Of a stretch of 64,000 nucleotides of DNA, positions 19,611-29,213 are shown piece by piece. How positions within the stretch are numbered: the stretch's first letter is position 1; each line of letters opens with the position of its first letter. This stretch comes from a virus (lineage: Duplodnaviria; Heunggongvirae; Uroviricota; Caudoviricetes), in IMG/VR virus record IMGVR_UViG_3300034045_000104. One strand, given 5' to 3'. The notes beneath the pieces were generated by a model. It did no database searches, was not told the origin of the DNA, and saw only the letters and a list, made by a program, of their open reading frames with translations. A program made the translations under genes and the position numbers.

Positions 19611-20114
19611 TTACAAATAAATAACCAGATTTCCAGAAATTCTAGGATTAAAATCCCTTAGCTCCTTACTAACCTGATACAGTCCTTGTTTAATATCGTT
19701 GATTATAGAAATCACCTCACCGCCATGGTGAAAGGTGCGAAGCTCATGAGATGATTTAATCAAAGAGTTCAAAACATCATCATCACGGTACCCAGAAAAA
19801 ATACCTTCACTAATTTTCTTTTTCCATCTAATCACCAGGCTTGAGTATAACTCCCTGTATTGAGCTACTTTAGACAAATAATCTTGCTTATAATCAAGCA
19901 ACTGTTTTTTCATACCTGAGTTAAATTTCACTTCAATGCCATCCCTTGACTTAATCTCGTTGACCAAATTCCGTCTTAACGCCAACAAGCCATTAATATT
20001 CAATGGCTCAACATTAAAAGCACTGACAAAAATAGTATGCTCACTTGCCACATATATTCGTTCATCATTCACACACACATCGCTTAACTTAATTCTTTTA
20101 TTCATGCAACTCAC
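19611..20114 (-). CDS. hypothetical protein
   Basis: 167-aa ORF. Confidence 0.4.
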   Translation of the reverse strand: MSCMNKRIKLSDVCVNDERIYVASEHTIFVSAFNVEPLNINGLLALRRNLVNEIKSRDGIEVKFNSGMKKQLLDYKQDYLSKVAQYRELYSSLVIRWKKKISEGIFSGYRDDDVLNSLIKSSHELRTFHHGGEVISIINDIKQGLYQVSKELRDFNPRISGNLVIYL

Positions 20115-20152
20115 CGTTTAATCATAAACATATAATAACAACACTAAACATA

Positions 20153-20181
20153 CAAAAAGGCGCACAATGACGCCTTTTTAG
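20153..20181. terminator. bidirectional rho-independent terminator
   Basis: aaaaa, GGCG-cacaatga-CGCC, ttttt, immediately downstream of minus-strand gene 20203-21756. Confidence 0.55.
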
Positions 20182-20202
20182 TTCATTACATCAAGCCCTT
20201 AA

Positions 20203-21756
20203 CTAAGCTGCTTTTAATAAGTGTTTCTTACCATCAAACATCTCAACTTCGACCCCTTTTTCTGAGAGATTGATATTGGTAATATCAGTAGCCTTGCACC
20301 ACCCCAACATTTCGCGCACAGACTCCCAAACAAGAGAAACATCAATTGATTTATTGTATCGGTTCATAATGCTATCAAAATCAGCGTTATATGTATCTAG
20401 TTCACAATCAGGACAGTGGTTTTCCCATAGATACTGAACAAAATCCCCATCTACACAATCCGTATAAAATGCCGTGCCTCCCTCATCAATAAACCACTCA
20501 ATATCATCATCACCAATCTTTAATGATTCACACAAAGTCACACAGCTAAAACCAATATAATTATCAATAAAACCTTTAACAGATTTAAACTCAATATTTA
20601 TTTCAGAACGATATAAATCCAACACTCTCTTAGGAGCTTTCGTGCCCCCAATGACCAAAGACACCTTTTCAAAGCCACTGCCCAACCTACAAAGCTCTAG
20701 TTCGTCCTCGTGACCATTACATGATAGCTTTGTACTGTCATCATAAACCCCTCTTACACCAGCCAAAGACACATCCCTTATATAAGAAGAAGTCCCAATA
20801 TACCCAACCTTGACCTCGCCCCAAAAATCAAAGTGCTCAACCTGATAACTGCCTTTTAAGCAACGCAAATAATTCAAAATCCCACAACTGCCTTTGGATT
20901 CTAAAAAGACAGTATTTAATCGCTCTTCAAATATAGCCTCAAGTTTTCCATGAACGATAGCCAACTCATCTGCTGAATTACTAATAGACCGTCTATCTGG
21001 TAGAGTAGGGGAGATACAATCAGTACAGCCATTAACAACAATGGTAAAAGGTGCAATCTCTTTACAGGCTATATGCTTTCCATGCCAATACAATTCGCCC
21101 GAGCCCTGATTAGAAACTCCAATGACACAACCTTCAAAATCACCCGCACCCTTTTCACTAATTAGCCAATCATGCTCATCACGCCTTACTTTTACACCAT
21201 TAATTACAATATCGAGATTATAAAATCTATAGCCAGACAACCTGATATTATCCATTTCCTTAACACTATAAAAAACATGGTCTTTCAAAGATTCAATAAA
21301 ACCCTCTTTACAAACAAATTCACTGGTGAAGCCATCAACATAATCATCACACTCAAGCAAATCTTGATTGTCCAGTAACTCAACAACCTCTTGGCGATAA
21401 GTAGGCTCTGACCAAAATCTATCACAATCAATACTCAGTTGCTTATTGCCACTTCTAAAAGTAGCTTTTGTCGAGGCAGCAATCATCATGAAAACGCCCA
21501 TACCAGCTGGTTTCTGGTCAGAAACCATTTGCGCATCATAGCCAGTATCAGCCACTCTTAACAAGTGAGTGAAGTCAACAAGCACATCACCATCATTGTG
21601 ACACGTTATGATGCCGCTATCACCAAGCTCGATTTTGCAATTTTGGGCATGTGCGCGAACAGCATTTTCAATAAGCTCCTCGATAATCATGTTTTTATTA
21701 CCGATAAATTTCAAAACATCTGAAAAGAACCGTGACTCATTTATTAATTTACTCAT
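20203..21756 (-). CDS. GHKL (Bergerat-fold) ATPase-like protein
   Basis: The N-terminus has an N-box-like EELIENAVRAHA, a G1-like HNDGDV and a G2-like KPAGMGVF, in the order and spacing expected for the histidine-kinase/Hsp90/MutL ATPase fold. The rest of the protein is unassigned. Confidence 0.4.
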   Translation of the reverse strand: MSKLINESRFFSDVLKFIGNKNMIIEELIENAVRAHAQNCKIELGDSGIITCHNDGDVLVDFTHLLRVADTGYDAQMVSDQKPAGMGVFMMIAASTKATFRSGNKQLSIDCDRFWSEPTYRQEVVELLDNQDLLECDDYVDGFTSEFVCKEGFIESLKDHVFYSVKEMDNIRLSGYRFYNLDIVINGVKVRRDEHDWLISEKGAGDFEGCVIGVSNQGSGELYWHGKHIACKEIAPFTIVVNGCTDCISPTLPDRRSISNSADELAIVHGKLEAIFEERLNTVFLESKGSCGILNYLRCLKGSYQVEHFDFWGEVKVGYIGTSSYIRDVSLAGVRGVYDDSTKLSCNGHEDELELCRLGSGFEKVSLVIGGTKAPKRVLDLYRSEINIEFKSVKGFIDNYIGFSCVTLCESLKIGDDDIEWFIDEGGTAFYTDCVDGDFVQYLWENHCPDCELDTYNADFDSIMNRYNKSIDVSLVWESVREMLGWCKATDITNINLSEKGVEVEMFDGKKHLLKAA

Positions 21757-21821
21757 AAAACATTCCTATATTAACGAATTAAAAAACAATTATAAAACGA
21801 CTATAAATTCAAGCCATAAAA

Positions 21822-22640
21822 CTAAACAAGCCTTCCGTTTATATATCCCTTCAGTTCTACAATATCATTTGAAAATTCTCTATTGACTCTATCAATACAC
21901 TTAAGAGCATCACCTTTCTTTATAAACTTATGTCCAAAACTCCCATTCTCAGTGTATTTATAACCATTTTTCAAAAAACGAATAAAGAAACCCACATCCT
22001 TAATATAAACTTTAAAATAATCCAATACATCCACTCGCTCTTTAGGCTTTTTTACTACAGGAAAGAACCTGGACTTAATTTTTTTCATCACATCCTCATT
22101 TAGACCCGTTAGAGTAAGAAACACACAATCATTAATTGTGTAGCTCTTAACAAAGTCCAATAACTGCACGGTGGTTGAATAATATGTTGTGAATGGCTTT
22201 ATACCTCGCTGCTGTGCTTTATACCCCGTACTCACCTTGACACGAACTCCAGCGGTTGCTAACTGCTCAACAGTTAATGCTTTTTTACACCCAACCTTAA
22301 ACATATTGAGATAAGAACGAAATGTCATATTCCTTTGACCTTTGTGATAATAACCTTTTGAGCAGCCCCAACTGTCATCATCCCAACCCTCGCCATTTTT
22401 TTCATACCGTGCTTTTTCCTCGTCACGATATGCCTGTGCAACTAATTGCATTTCTTGCAAAGTTCCAGCAAAGCTCCCGCCAGTAAGATGCGGTCTTGCC
22501 TCCCAACTTCTGTCCATCTGCCATTTGCCAGTACGGTCATTAAAAGAAGTTCCACTACTACAGCCCTCCAACAAAACAGGAACACAACGACCATCACCAA
22601 GTTCGATGAATTGTTTATCAAATAAAATGTTATAGCTCAT
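21822..22640 (-). CDS. hypothetical protein
   Basis: 272-aa ORF. Confidence 0.4.
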   Translation of the reverse strand: MSYNILFDKQFIELGDGRCVPVLLEGCSSGTSFNDRTGKWQMDRSWEARPHLTGGSFAGTLQEMQLVAQAYRDEEKARYEKNGEGWDDDSWGCSKGYYHKGQRNMTFRSYLNMFKVGCKKALTVEQLATAGVRVKVSTGYKAQQRGIKPFTTYYSTTVQLLDFVKSYTINDCVFLTLTGLNEDVMKKIKSRFFPVVKKPKERVDVLDYFKVYIKDVGFFIRFLKNGYKYTENGSFGHKFIKKGDALKCIDRVNREFSNDIVELKGYINGRLV

Positions 22641-22735
22641 ATCAAAATCCTAAATAATCTAATTAAAACCATTATAGAAAGGCAAAAAAAAGAGCCGATT
22701 AAGACTCTTTTAAGAATTATACACCTTATTTAAAT

Positions 22736-23353
22736 TTACAAACCCCCATTTAAATACATTAATTTAACTGGGGACTTCCATACTCTTAAATCTGAAAGAT
22801 AGGTAATCACATCATTTATAGTGAGATAATCCCGCTTGGATTCCGCATCATTCCATACGTACATGGTTCCCTCATATCCATCAACGCCATACAAATGCGC
22901 AAAGACAACACCATCACAATCAAACAACTTGTATGACAACTCATTATAATTAAGAAACTCTATAGTGGAATACTCATCCAGAAACACGAAACCATCCCGT
23001 TTAATTGTATCTAACTCAAACAATACACCTCCAAATAAAATGTATTCCATATCATCAAAGTCATTCCATTCAGTAAAATAGCAATATTCTTGCTCATAGG
23101 CATCTTTTAAATTCTTGAAACCCTCACTCACAACTACTTTTAACGCATCTTTTTCTTGCGCAATATAACGACTGCCTTGAATTACAAAACCACTATTCAT
23201 GCCCTTGCCAGTAACAGAGCATTTACGTGCAAAAAGAATATCAACATCACGCACAATCTCTTTCTTTTTTTCAGAAATCGCAACAAAACAATCTGCGTCT
23301 TTACGCTCCTGAAGGGTGGCTAGTTCACCCATAAGCTCATTATATAAATTCAT
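22736..23353 (-). CDS. hypothetical protein
   Basis: 205-aa ORF. Confidence 0.4.
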   Translation of the reverse strand: MNLYNELMGELATLQERKDADCFVAISEKKKEIVRDVDILFARKCSVTGKGMNSGFVIQGSRYIAQEKDALKVVVSEGFKNLKDAYEQEYCYFTEWNDFDDMEYILFGGVLFELDTIKRDGFVFLDEYSTIEFLNYNELSYKLFDCDGVVFAHLYGVDGYEGTMYVWNDAESKRDYLTINDVITYLSDLRVWKSPVKLMYLNGGL

Positions 23354-23473
23354 ATCTCACCATTATTCTAATTATTAAGATTATAGAGTGACTATAAAGA
23401 CCAAGCCTTATTCACATAAAGCCATTTTCATAACCAACACCCCAAATAAAAATAAATAAAACATATTAGACAT

Positions 23474-24232
23474 TCACTTATTGCAATCAAAAAATGCTTT
23501 CGCAAAACCATTAGGTGTTACGCTCCTTAACATTTTCGTTCTTTCACTAGATCCGCCTAAAGATGTGTGCATCTTGCTACCAAGATGAGGAAATACACTC
23601 CTATCCTCACCAATATTGGCAACAGTCGGAGGAACAAACTTACCCCAAAGCCCCGTTTTCTTTGTGTAAGCCTCGCCTTCAAAGCCTTCGGCATAATCAC
23701 AAGGGTTGAAATAAAAGGGTTTAGAATTTAATTCAGGTATTAATTTAGCCATTCTACCAACTGGATTTTCTATCACCCAAAACTCTGGGTCATAAAGCTC
23801 AACTGTTCTTAAAGCTTGTCGTACTAAGTGTATTGCTTTTTGTGTACGCCCGCTTAAATCTTTTTGGGCGAACCAACGAGCACCAGAACAAGCGAACTCA
23901 GTACATGGGCAGGCAGCTAAAACCCCCCACACACCCTCAATACCAAGCTCCTCAAACAAATACTCACAACAAAAATCATTAATATCAATTCCGTGCTTCA
24001 AATCTAAATTAATAACATTGTATCCCGCATCCCAATATGGCTTTGCCCATTGCCCAGTAAAATCAAATAAACTCAGAATAGTTTTTGTACAATTACTATC
24101 ATTCCTTCGCTCACCGGCTTCTGCCAACCATTGCTCTTCAGACGATTCACTAACACTGCGTATAAACTCAGGATCGGCAAAATATTCTTGCCTAAGAAAA
24201 TCCAAACCCATTTGTAAATCATGCTTACTCAT
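23474..24232 (-). CDS. minimal C5-cytosine DNA methyltransferase-like protein (no obvious target-recognition domain)
   Basis: Motif I-like ILSLFDFTGQWAKPYWDAGYNVINLDLKH (compare LSLFSGIGG...AGFEVV), PC motif IV AACPCTEFACSG, ENV motif VI VIENPVG, and a motif X-like SVTPNGFAKAFF (compare TPRE..RLQGFPD). Only 252 aa. GxGG is degenerate, reading TGQW. Confidence 0.55.
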   Translation of the reverse strand: MSKHDLQMGLDFLRQEYFADPEFIRSVSESSEEQWLAEAGERRNDSNCTKTILSLFDFTGQWAKPYWDAGYNVINLDLKHGIDINDFCCEYLFEELGIEGVWGVLAACPCTEFACSGARWFAQKDLSGRTQKAIHLVRQALRTVELYDPEFWVIENPVGRMAKLIPELNSKPFYFNPCDYAEGFEGEAYTKKTGLWGKFVPPTVANIGEDRSVFPHLGSKMHTSLGGSSERTKMLRSVTPNGFAKAFFDCNK

Positions 24233-24341
24233 AAAATAGAACCAATTTTATTATTAATACATTACAATTATAGAAAGACACAACATACATATAATGAAAA
24301 AAGCATCCTTGCTCATATTTACACATCGCACAAAACAAAAT

Positions 24342-24695
24342 CTATTTGCCCTTGTTTTCCCATAATGAATTAATGCGGCGATGATGCATAACATTATGTT
24401 TAATATCATCATGACGTAAACCACGTATATGAGCTTCTGGCACCTCCCATGCATCCCATATTGCCAGATGAATTAAAGTGCTTGCATCAAAAACAATATA
24501 GTCAGCAGTTCCATCAGCAATGGGAAATTTAATAATATCTCCTGCAAACTCATAGCCGCTATTTGCCTTGCAATATTCTTGAACCTGCTTTGTGAAAACA
24601 TCAACCTCACGGACATAATCATCAACACATGAATCAGATGTAAAACCCAAATCTGGCACCTTAATTGATTTAGGTGGATTTATTGCTTTTGCCAT
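24342..24695 (-). CDS. hypothetical protein
   Basis: 117-aa ORF. The overlapping ORF 24254-24454 is probably spurious. Confidence 0.35.
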   Translation of the reverse strand: MAKAINPPKSIKVPDLGFTSDSCVDDYVREVDVFTKQVQEYCKANSGYEFAGDIIKFPIADGTADYIVFDASTLIHLAIWDAWEVPEAHIRGLRHDDIKHNVMHHRRINSLWENKGK

Positions 24696-24784
24696 AATTA
24701 ATTACCAACAGTTAAAAACATATTTTAATCACACTACAAATCAAATGAAGCATTACCAAACCCCAAAAAAATAAAAATAACATT

Positions 24785-24812
24785 AGTTACCAATGAAGCA
24801 TCTGATATAATA
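24785..24812 (+). promoter_or_regulatory. candidate sigma70-type promoter with extended -10 (TGaTATAAT) for plus-strand gene
   Basis: gttaccaatgaagcatcTGaTATAAT lies upstream of a strong SD (AAGGAG, 8 nt before ATG 24847). Confidence 0.35.
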
Positions 24813-24846
24813 AAGACTCATTAAAACTAGAAAAAGGAGAAACAAA

Positions 24847-25785
24847 ATGAAATATTTGATCATATTGACCACACTATTCATTTCAATATCAGCACAAGCA
24901 ATAAAACCAGTAGATGGCTTTTATTGGGACCCTACAAGTAGCGGGCGTGGCTTAACCATAGAGGTCCAAAAAAATACGCTCGTTGTTGCATTTTATGCCT
25001 ATGATGATTCAAATATAGGTAGATGGTATCTGGGAAGCGGGCCTTACGACTCAAACGCAAGCGTATTCAACGGCCACTGGGATGCATATGACGGAGGGCA
25101 ATGTGCAGGTTGCGCATATACATCACCTACAATAAATACAGGAGAATCAAAAGGAGCGTTCACAATAAATTTCTTAAGTTGGCAAAAAGCACGTATGACG
25201 TGGGCTGGCGGAACAACTAATCTTGAGAGATTTAATTTTTCATACCCTTCACCTAATTCTTACATTCAAGGAACATGGGTAACTACAGAATTCATAGACA
25301 CTTTAGCCATTGGAGAAAAAACTATTTTTATGGGGGAAACATTTATTAATGATGGAACCGAATTTGTCCAAGGAAGTCTTTTTGGCTCTTTAAGCCGTCC
25401 CGCAGTTGGTAGTTTAATCGAAGTTGATCCAGCAGATGGTGAAAATATATATGGTATTTTGTTAGATTCGTCATCAAGCTTTTATCGGTACTATGTTTAT
25501 AAAGCAAATAAAAATAAGTTTGCAGGCCTTTCTTACCTTTACCTTAAAACAGAACAACCAGGCTCTGGTTTACCAGTGATTGGGAGTAAAATTGGAGAAT
25601 ATCAACCAACAACAAAAAATTCTAAATCAGTGCCAGAAAATGAACGCCCACTTCAAGATGAAATTGATGCGCACGAGTATGCTTTACAGAAAGAGCATAG
25701 TACATCAAAGGGCGGGGTTGAGATAACCCAAATACAACTGGATACACTTATGAAATTACAGAATCAAATAGAAACTCAAAAATAA
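24847..25785 (+). CDS. secreted protein of unknown function (signal peptide)
   Basis: MKYLIILTTLFISISAQA followed by IKP is a classic Sec signal. It has a strong RBS, is the only plus-strand gene in a 48-kb minus-strand block, and is convergent with the Sir2 gene. Confidence 0.6.
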   Translation: MKYLIILTTLFISISAQAIKPVDGFYWDPTSSGRGLTIEVQKNTLVVAFYAYDDSNIGRWYLGSGPYDSNASVFNGHWDAYDGGQCAGCAYTSPTINTGESKGAFTINFLSWQKARMTWAGGTTNLERFNFSYPSPNSYIQGTWVTTEFIDTLAIGEKTIFMGETFINDGTEFVQGSLFGSLSRPAVGSLIEVDPADGENIYGILLDSSSSFYRYYVYKANKNKFAGLSYLYLKTEQPGSGLPVIGSKIGEYQPTTKNSKSVPENERPLQDEIDAHEYALQKEHSTSKGGVEITQIQLDTLMKLQNQIETQK

Positions 25786-25847
25786 ATTACTATGACTTTA
25801 ACCCAGATACTCTCTTTCTATGAAAGTATCTGGATTCATAACTTAAC

Positions 25848-26558
25848 TTATTTGTTAATATGCCTCTTTTCCTCATTAATTAGATAATTAACTAAATGAG
25901 GAACACCAGTTGTTGCCACAGATTTGTTTAAAGACATATTTGTAATTCCATTATTTTCAGCATTTGGATCAATATAATAACAAGGAGATATTCCTTTTTT
26001 GTAGTGCAAAAGACTAGCTGCAGGAAACACCTGCAAAGAAGTACCTACAACAATGAGAATATCAGCATTTTCCACAAGCTGTGCCGCATACCCAAACAAA
26101 GGCACTTCTTCACCAAACCATACAATATTAGGCCTTAATTGAAACCCGTCAACGCCACAATCACCTAAATTTAAGTCACTATAGCCAATATCATAAACAT
26201 CTTGCGAGTTAATATTAACACTTCTGGCTTGAGTTATCATTCCATGTAAGTGGACAACATTAGAAGAGCCTGAACGCTCATGTAAATCATCAATGTTTTG
26301 CGTAACAATTGCAACATCAAACAATTGCTCCAACCTCGCTAAAGCAACATGCGCCTTATTTGGGGCCGTGTTAGAAATCTCATTTCTTCTTTTATTATAA
26401 AACCCTAAAACCAAACCCGAATTTTCATTCCACCCATCTACACTTGCCACTGTGCGAACATCATGCTTAGCCCAAAGGCCATTTCCATCACGGAAAGTTT
26501 CAATCCCACTTTCGGCGCTAACACCCGCTCCAGTCAACACTACAATATTTTTTATCAT
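25848..26558 (-). CDS. Sir2-family NAD-dependent protein deacylase
   Basis: GAGVSAESGIETFRDGNGLW (Sir2 NAD-binding signature GAGISAESGIPTFRG) and TQNIDDLHERSG (compare TQNIDGLHQRAG). Only one Cys lies where the Zn-ribbon CxxC...CxxC is expected. Confidence 0.8.
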   Translation of the reverse strand: MIKNIVVLTGAGVSAESGIETFRDGNGLWAKHDVRTVASVDGWNENSGLVLGFYNKRRNEISNTAPNKAHVALARLEQLFDVAIVTQNIDDLHERSGSSNVVHLHGMITQARSVNINSQDVYDIGYSDLNLGDCGVDGFQLRPNIVWFGEEVPLFGYAAQLVENADILIVVGTSLQVFPAASLLHYKKGISPCYYIDPNAENNGITNMSLNKSVATTGVPHLVNYLINEEKRHINK

Positions 26559-26631
26559 AAGCCATTATACAAATACAAAAAAAGGGCTGCAACCTATCAA
26601 CCCTTTTAATTTGACACCATGTTTGTGGTAA

Positions 26632-27120
26632 TTAAAAAGGCTGATCCATATCTGAATCAAAATCATCAAAGCTAGGCGTTGAAGCTGGAGCTTGTGGAGC
26701 TTGTGGAGCTTGTGGCTGTGGAGCTTGTGGCTGTGGAGCTTGCTGATTACTACCACCTCTTGGCTGCCCACCTTGGGCTGAGCCATTGCCTGAATTACCA
26801 AGCATTTGCATCTCATTTGCCACAATTTCGGTAGTGTATCGATCAACACCATTTGCATCAGTCCATTTGCGGGTTTGATTTTTACCCTCAATTAGCACCT
26901 GACTTCCTTTTTTTAAATACTCTCCAGCAATCTCAGCCAACCTACCAAAAAACACAATTTTATGCCATTCGGTTTTAACCTTATCTTCACCGGTACTCTT
27001 ATCTTTCCACGACTCTGATGTTGCTACTGATATATTTGTGACCGCAGCGCCTGCCGCAGTATATCTCACCTTAGGATCTTCCCCTAAATTACCAACCACA
27101 ACTGTTTTAGAATAACTCAT
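26632..27120 (-). CDS. ssb: single-stranded DNA-binding protein
   Basis: OB-fold N-terminus (...[31 protein letters not shown]...RYTTEIVA), a Gly/Gln/Pro-rich linker with PQAPQ repeats, and an acidic C-terminal tail [12 protein letters not shown] (compare the DDDIPF tip). Confidence 0.85.
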   Translation of the reverse strand: MSYSKTVVVGNLGEDPKVRYTAAGAAVTNISVATSESWKDKSTGEDKVKTEWHKIVFFGRLAEIAGEYLKKGSQVLIEGKNQTRKWTDANGVDRYTTEIVANEMQMLGNSGNGSAQGGQPRGGSNQQAPQPQAPQPQAPQAPQAPASTPSFDDFDSDMDQPF

Positions 27121-27226
27121 ACAAACCTCTTTTTAAAATAATTAATAATTAAACAACTCTGAATTATAATGGCACTACATTCTGCACGAATATAATAAAC
27201 CTTTCAATTCAACTTTATAACCGCCA

Positions 27227-27235
27227 TTATCCACA
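27227..27235 (+). promoter_or_regulatory. perfect DnaA box TTATCCACA upstream of ssb
   Basis: Exact 9-mer in the 27121-27457 intergenic region, about 110 bp upstream of the ssb start. Confidence 0.3.
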
Positions 27236-27457
27236 TCCAAAACATAGGTGCACACATTACCTTTTATTTTTACAATAAAAGACTCAAGACCACTATGCAA
27301 TTGCACCATCTTTTTTACTACACAACCCAAACTCATCTGAATTGTAACTTTCACTACAAACCAAACCCGAAAACAACACCATCAAAACAATTAATATCTT
27401 CATGCCAGCCTCCAAATTATTTAAGTCATTTTAGTACAGCTAAAAAACTGCCTAGTA

Positions 27458-27946
27458 TTAAAAAGCAACTTGCTTTAAAACCACTTGATTTAAAAATCCT
27501 TTAATAGCCCGTTCATAAATTTCATAATGAGCTAATTCATAATCAATTTTTATTTGAGGATTATTAATATCCCCACCATATTCACCATCAAGCAACTGAT
27601 GAGCCCCATCGCCATCATCAAACTGCTCTTCCACCAGCTTGCTTAAATCATTCGCATGAGCTATATCATCACAATGATCATAATCAGGATAAAATTTCTC
27701 TACAAAATCCCATTCACTTAAATAGGTTGCCTGGCTTTTTATTCGGAACTTAACAATGAAATCAACAACCAATGGGTCATGCCTATATGGACTATCAAAA
27801 AATACTACCTTAAGCGTATCCAGACAAAGCATAGCAACTGTTAAAACAGTATTTTCTGCATCATCAAAAAAAACATTAACCCTTTGATAATTATCATCAT
27901 TAACAATACCCAGCTTCACACATCCAATCTTCTTTTTCATACTCAA
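27458..27946 (-). CDS. hypothetical protein
   Basis: 162-aa ORF. Confidence 0.4.
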   Translation of the reverse strand: MSMKKKIGCVKLGIVNDDNYQRVNVFFDDAENTVLTVAMLCLDTLKVVFFDSPYRHDPLVVDFIVKFRIKSQATYLSEWDFVEKFYPDYDHCDDIAHANDLSKLVEEQFDDGDGAHQLLDGEYGGDINNPQIKIDYELAHYEIYERAIKGFLNQVVLKQVAF

Positions 27947-27984
27947 TATTCTGTTTAATTATGACATAATAACAAGACTAAAAA

Positions 27985-28266
27985 TTAGTAAATCCAAGTT
28001 TCATAAATCCGAATATTAACTTCAACGTCCTCGTTAGGAACATCAGACTCAAGACCAACACAAACATCTCTAAAAGCCACATCATCAAACAACACAATAT
28101 CAGGCATCTTTACTACGAATTGATCAAAATGCTCGGCCAACATCCTTTTAAGACGTAAATAAAATGATTTCTTGCCCGCCTTGTCATCATAGACATTTTT
28201 AACAACGCCAATGACAGGCGTTTCACCACGATCTTTGTCCATTACCACAAAACTCTTTATAGCCAT
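27985..28266 (-). CDS. hypothetical protein
   Basis: 93-aa ORF. Confidence 0.35.
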   Translation of the reverse strand: MAIKSFVVMDKDRGETPVIGVVKNVYDDKAGKKSFYLRLKRMLAEHFDQFVVKMPDIVLFDDVAFRDVCVGLESDVPNEDVEVNIRIYETWIY

Positions 28267-28305
28267 TCTAACTCTCCAAATTTACGATAAATAATTATAT
28301 TGCAC

Positions 28306-29202
28306 CTACAAATCCACCGAAACATGACCGCCTAAAATACCAACATCAGAAACAGATTGTACGTTTTTCAATTGGTCGTCAAAAAAAATATCTGCCCCAA
28401 AAGCTTTTACAAACTCACCTTTATCTAAGCCACCCAAAAACACAGATTCATCCATCCTTAAACCCCAATGCCTTATAGTTTTTAGAACCCTTTTGTGGGT
28501 TGGGCTACAGCGAGCCGTTATCATACAAGTACGAATTGGCACATCATCAATCCCAAAACAAGATTGAATATCATGCAAACCAGACAAAAAACCTTTAAAC
28601 AAACCATCTTCTAATGGCACGTTTTCATTTGCGACTTCGTGTTCTGTAAAGGCTTTTAATCCACCTGACTTAAAAAGACTTTCAGAAGCACTAGAGAACA
28701 ATACAGCATCACCATCAAAACCAATTCTCAAGGGCTCATCATCACACTCATTAGAAACAAAAGACCCATCAACACGTAAATGCGCTGCCGCTATACCATT
28801 ATCAAGACAGCTTTTAACTTCCTTGGCATGGGCTGACAAAAACAAATCAACACCATAAGCTTTAATGTATTCACTTCTTGAACCACCTTTAGTAAAAGCA
28901 CCTTTTTGAATATTAAGTCCATAATGTTCAATTGAATTAAAAATCCGTAAACCAACATCACCATGATTCCTAGAAACCATCACCACTTCAACTAAGGCAT
29001 CCCCAGTAACAGGGCTTTTAATATTTAGAAGTTTTTCCACAATCCCAAATGCAACTCCCTTTTTGAGAATTTTAGTTTCGTTTTGAATTTGATAATCCCG
29101 ATATTCATCCACTCCTTTGGATAAAAATAATTGATGTTCACTATCAAGATTAAATAAAACCCTTGAACTTACCGCTATTACCAATTTTGACATAATATTC
29201 AC
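28306..29202 (-). CDS. hypothetical protein; possible HAD-like phosphatase or nucleotidase
   Basis: 298-aa protein with an internal IGFDGDAVLF (DxDx[TV]-like HAD motif I). The assignment is weak. Confidence 0.3.
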   Translation of the reverse strand: MNIMSKLVIAVSSRVLFNLDSEHQLFLSKGVDEYRDYQIQNETKILKKGVAFGIVEKLLNIKSPVTGDALVEVVMVSRNHGDVGLRIFNSIEHYGLNIQKGAFTKGGSRSEYIKAYGVDLFLSAHAKEVKSCLDNGIAAAHLRVDGSFVSNECDDEPLRIGFDGDAVLFSSASESLFKSGGLKAFTEHEVANENVPLEDGLFKGFLSGLHDIQSCFGIDDVPIRTCMITARCSPTHKRVLKTIRHWGLRMDESVFLGGLDKGEFVKAFGADIFFDDQLKNVQSVSDVGILGGHVSVDL

Positions 29203-29213
29203 CTATACTTGAT

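Noticed and set aside
26565-26891. 108-aa minus-strand ORF overlapping ssb
   Set aside because: It is out of frame over the PQAPQ repeat linker of SSB. Its [11 protein letters not shown]-type translation is a repeat artefact, whereas the SSB frame shows strong homology.
28306-29202. Assignment as a 5'-nucleotidase or HAD phosphatase
   Set aside because: Only a single DxDx[TV]-like motif lies mid-protein, without the other HAD motifs in recognisable order. It is kept as hypothetical with a low-confidence note.
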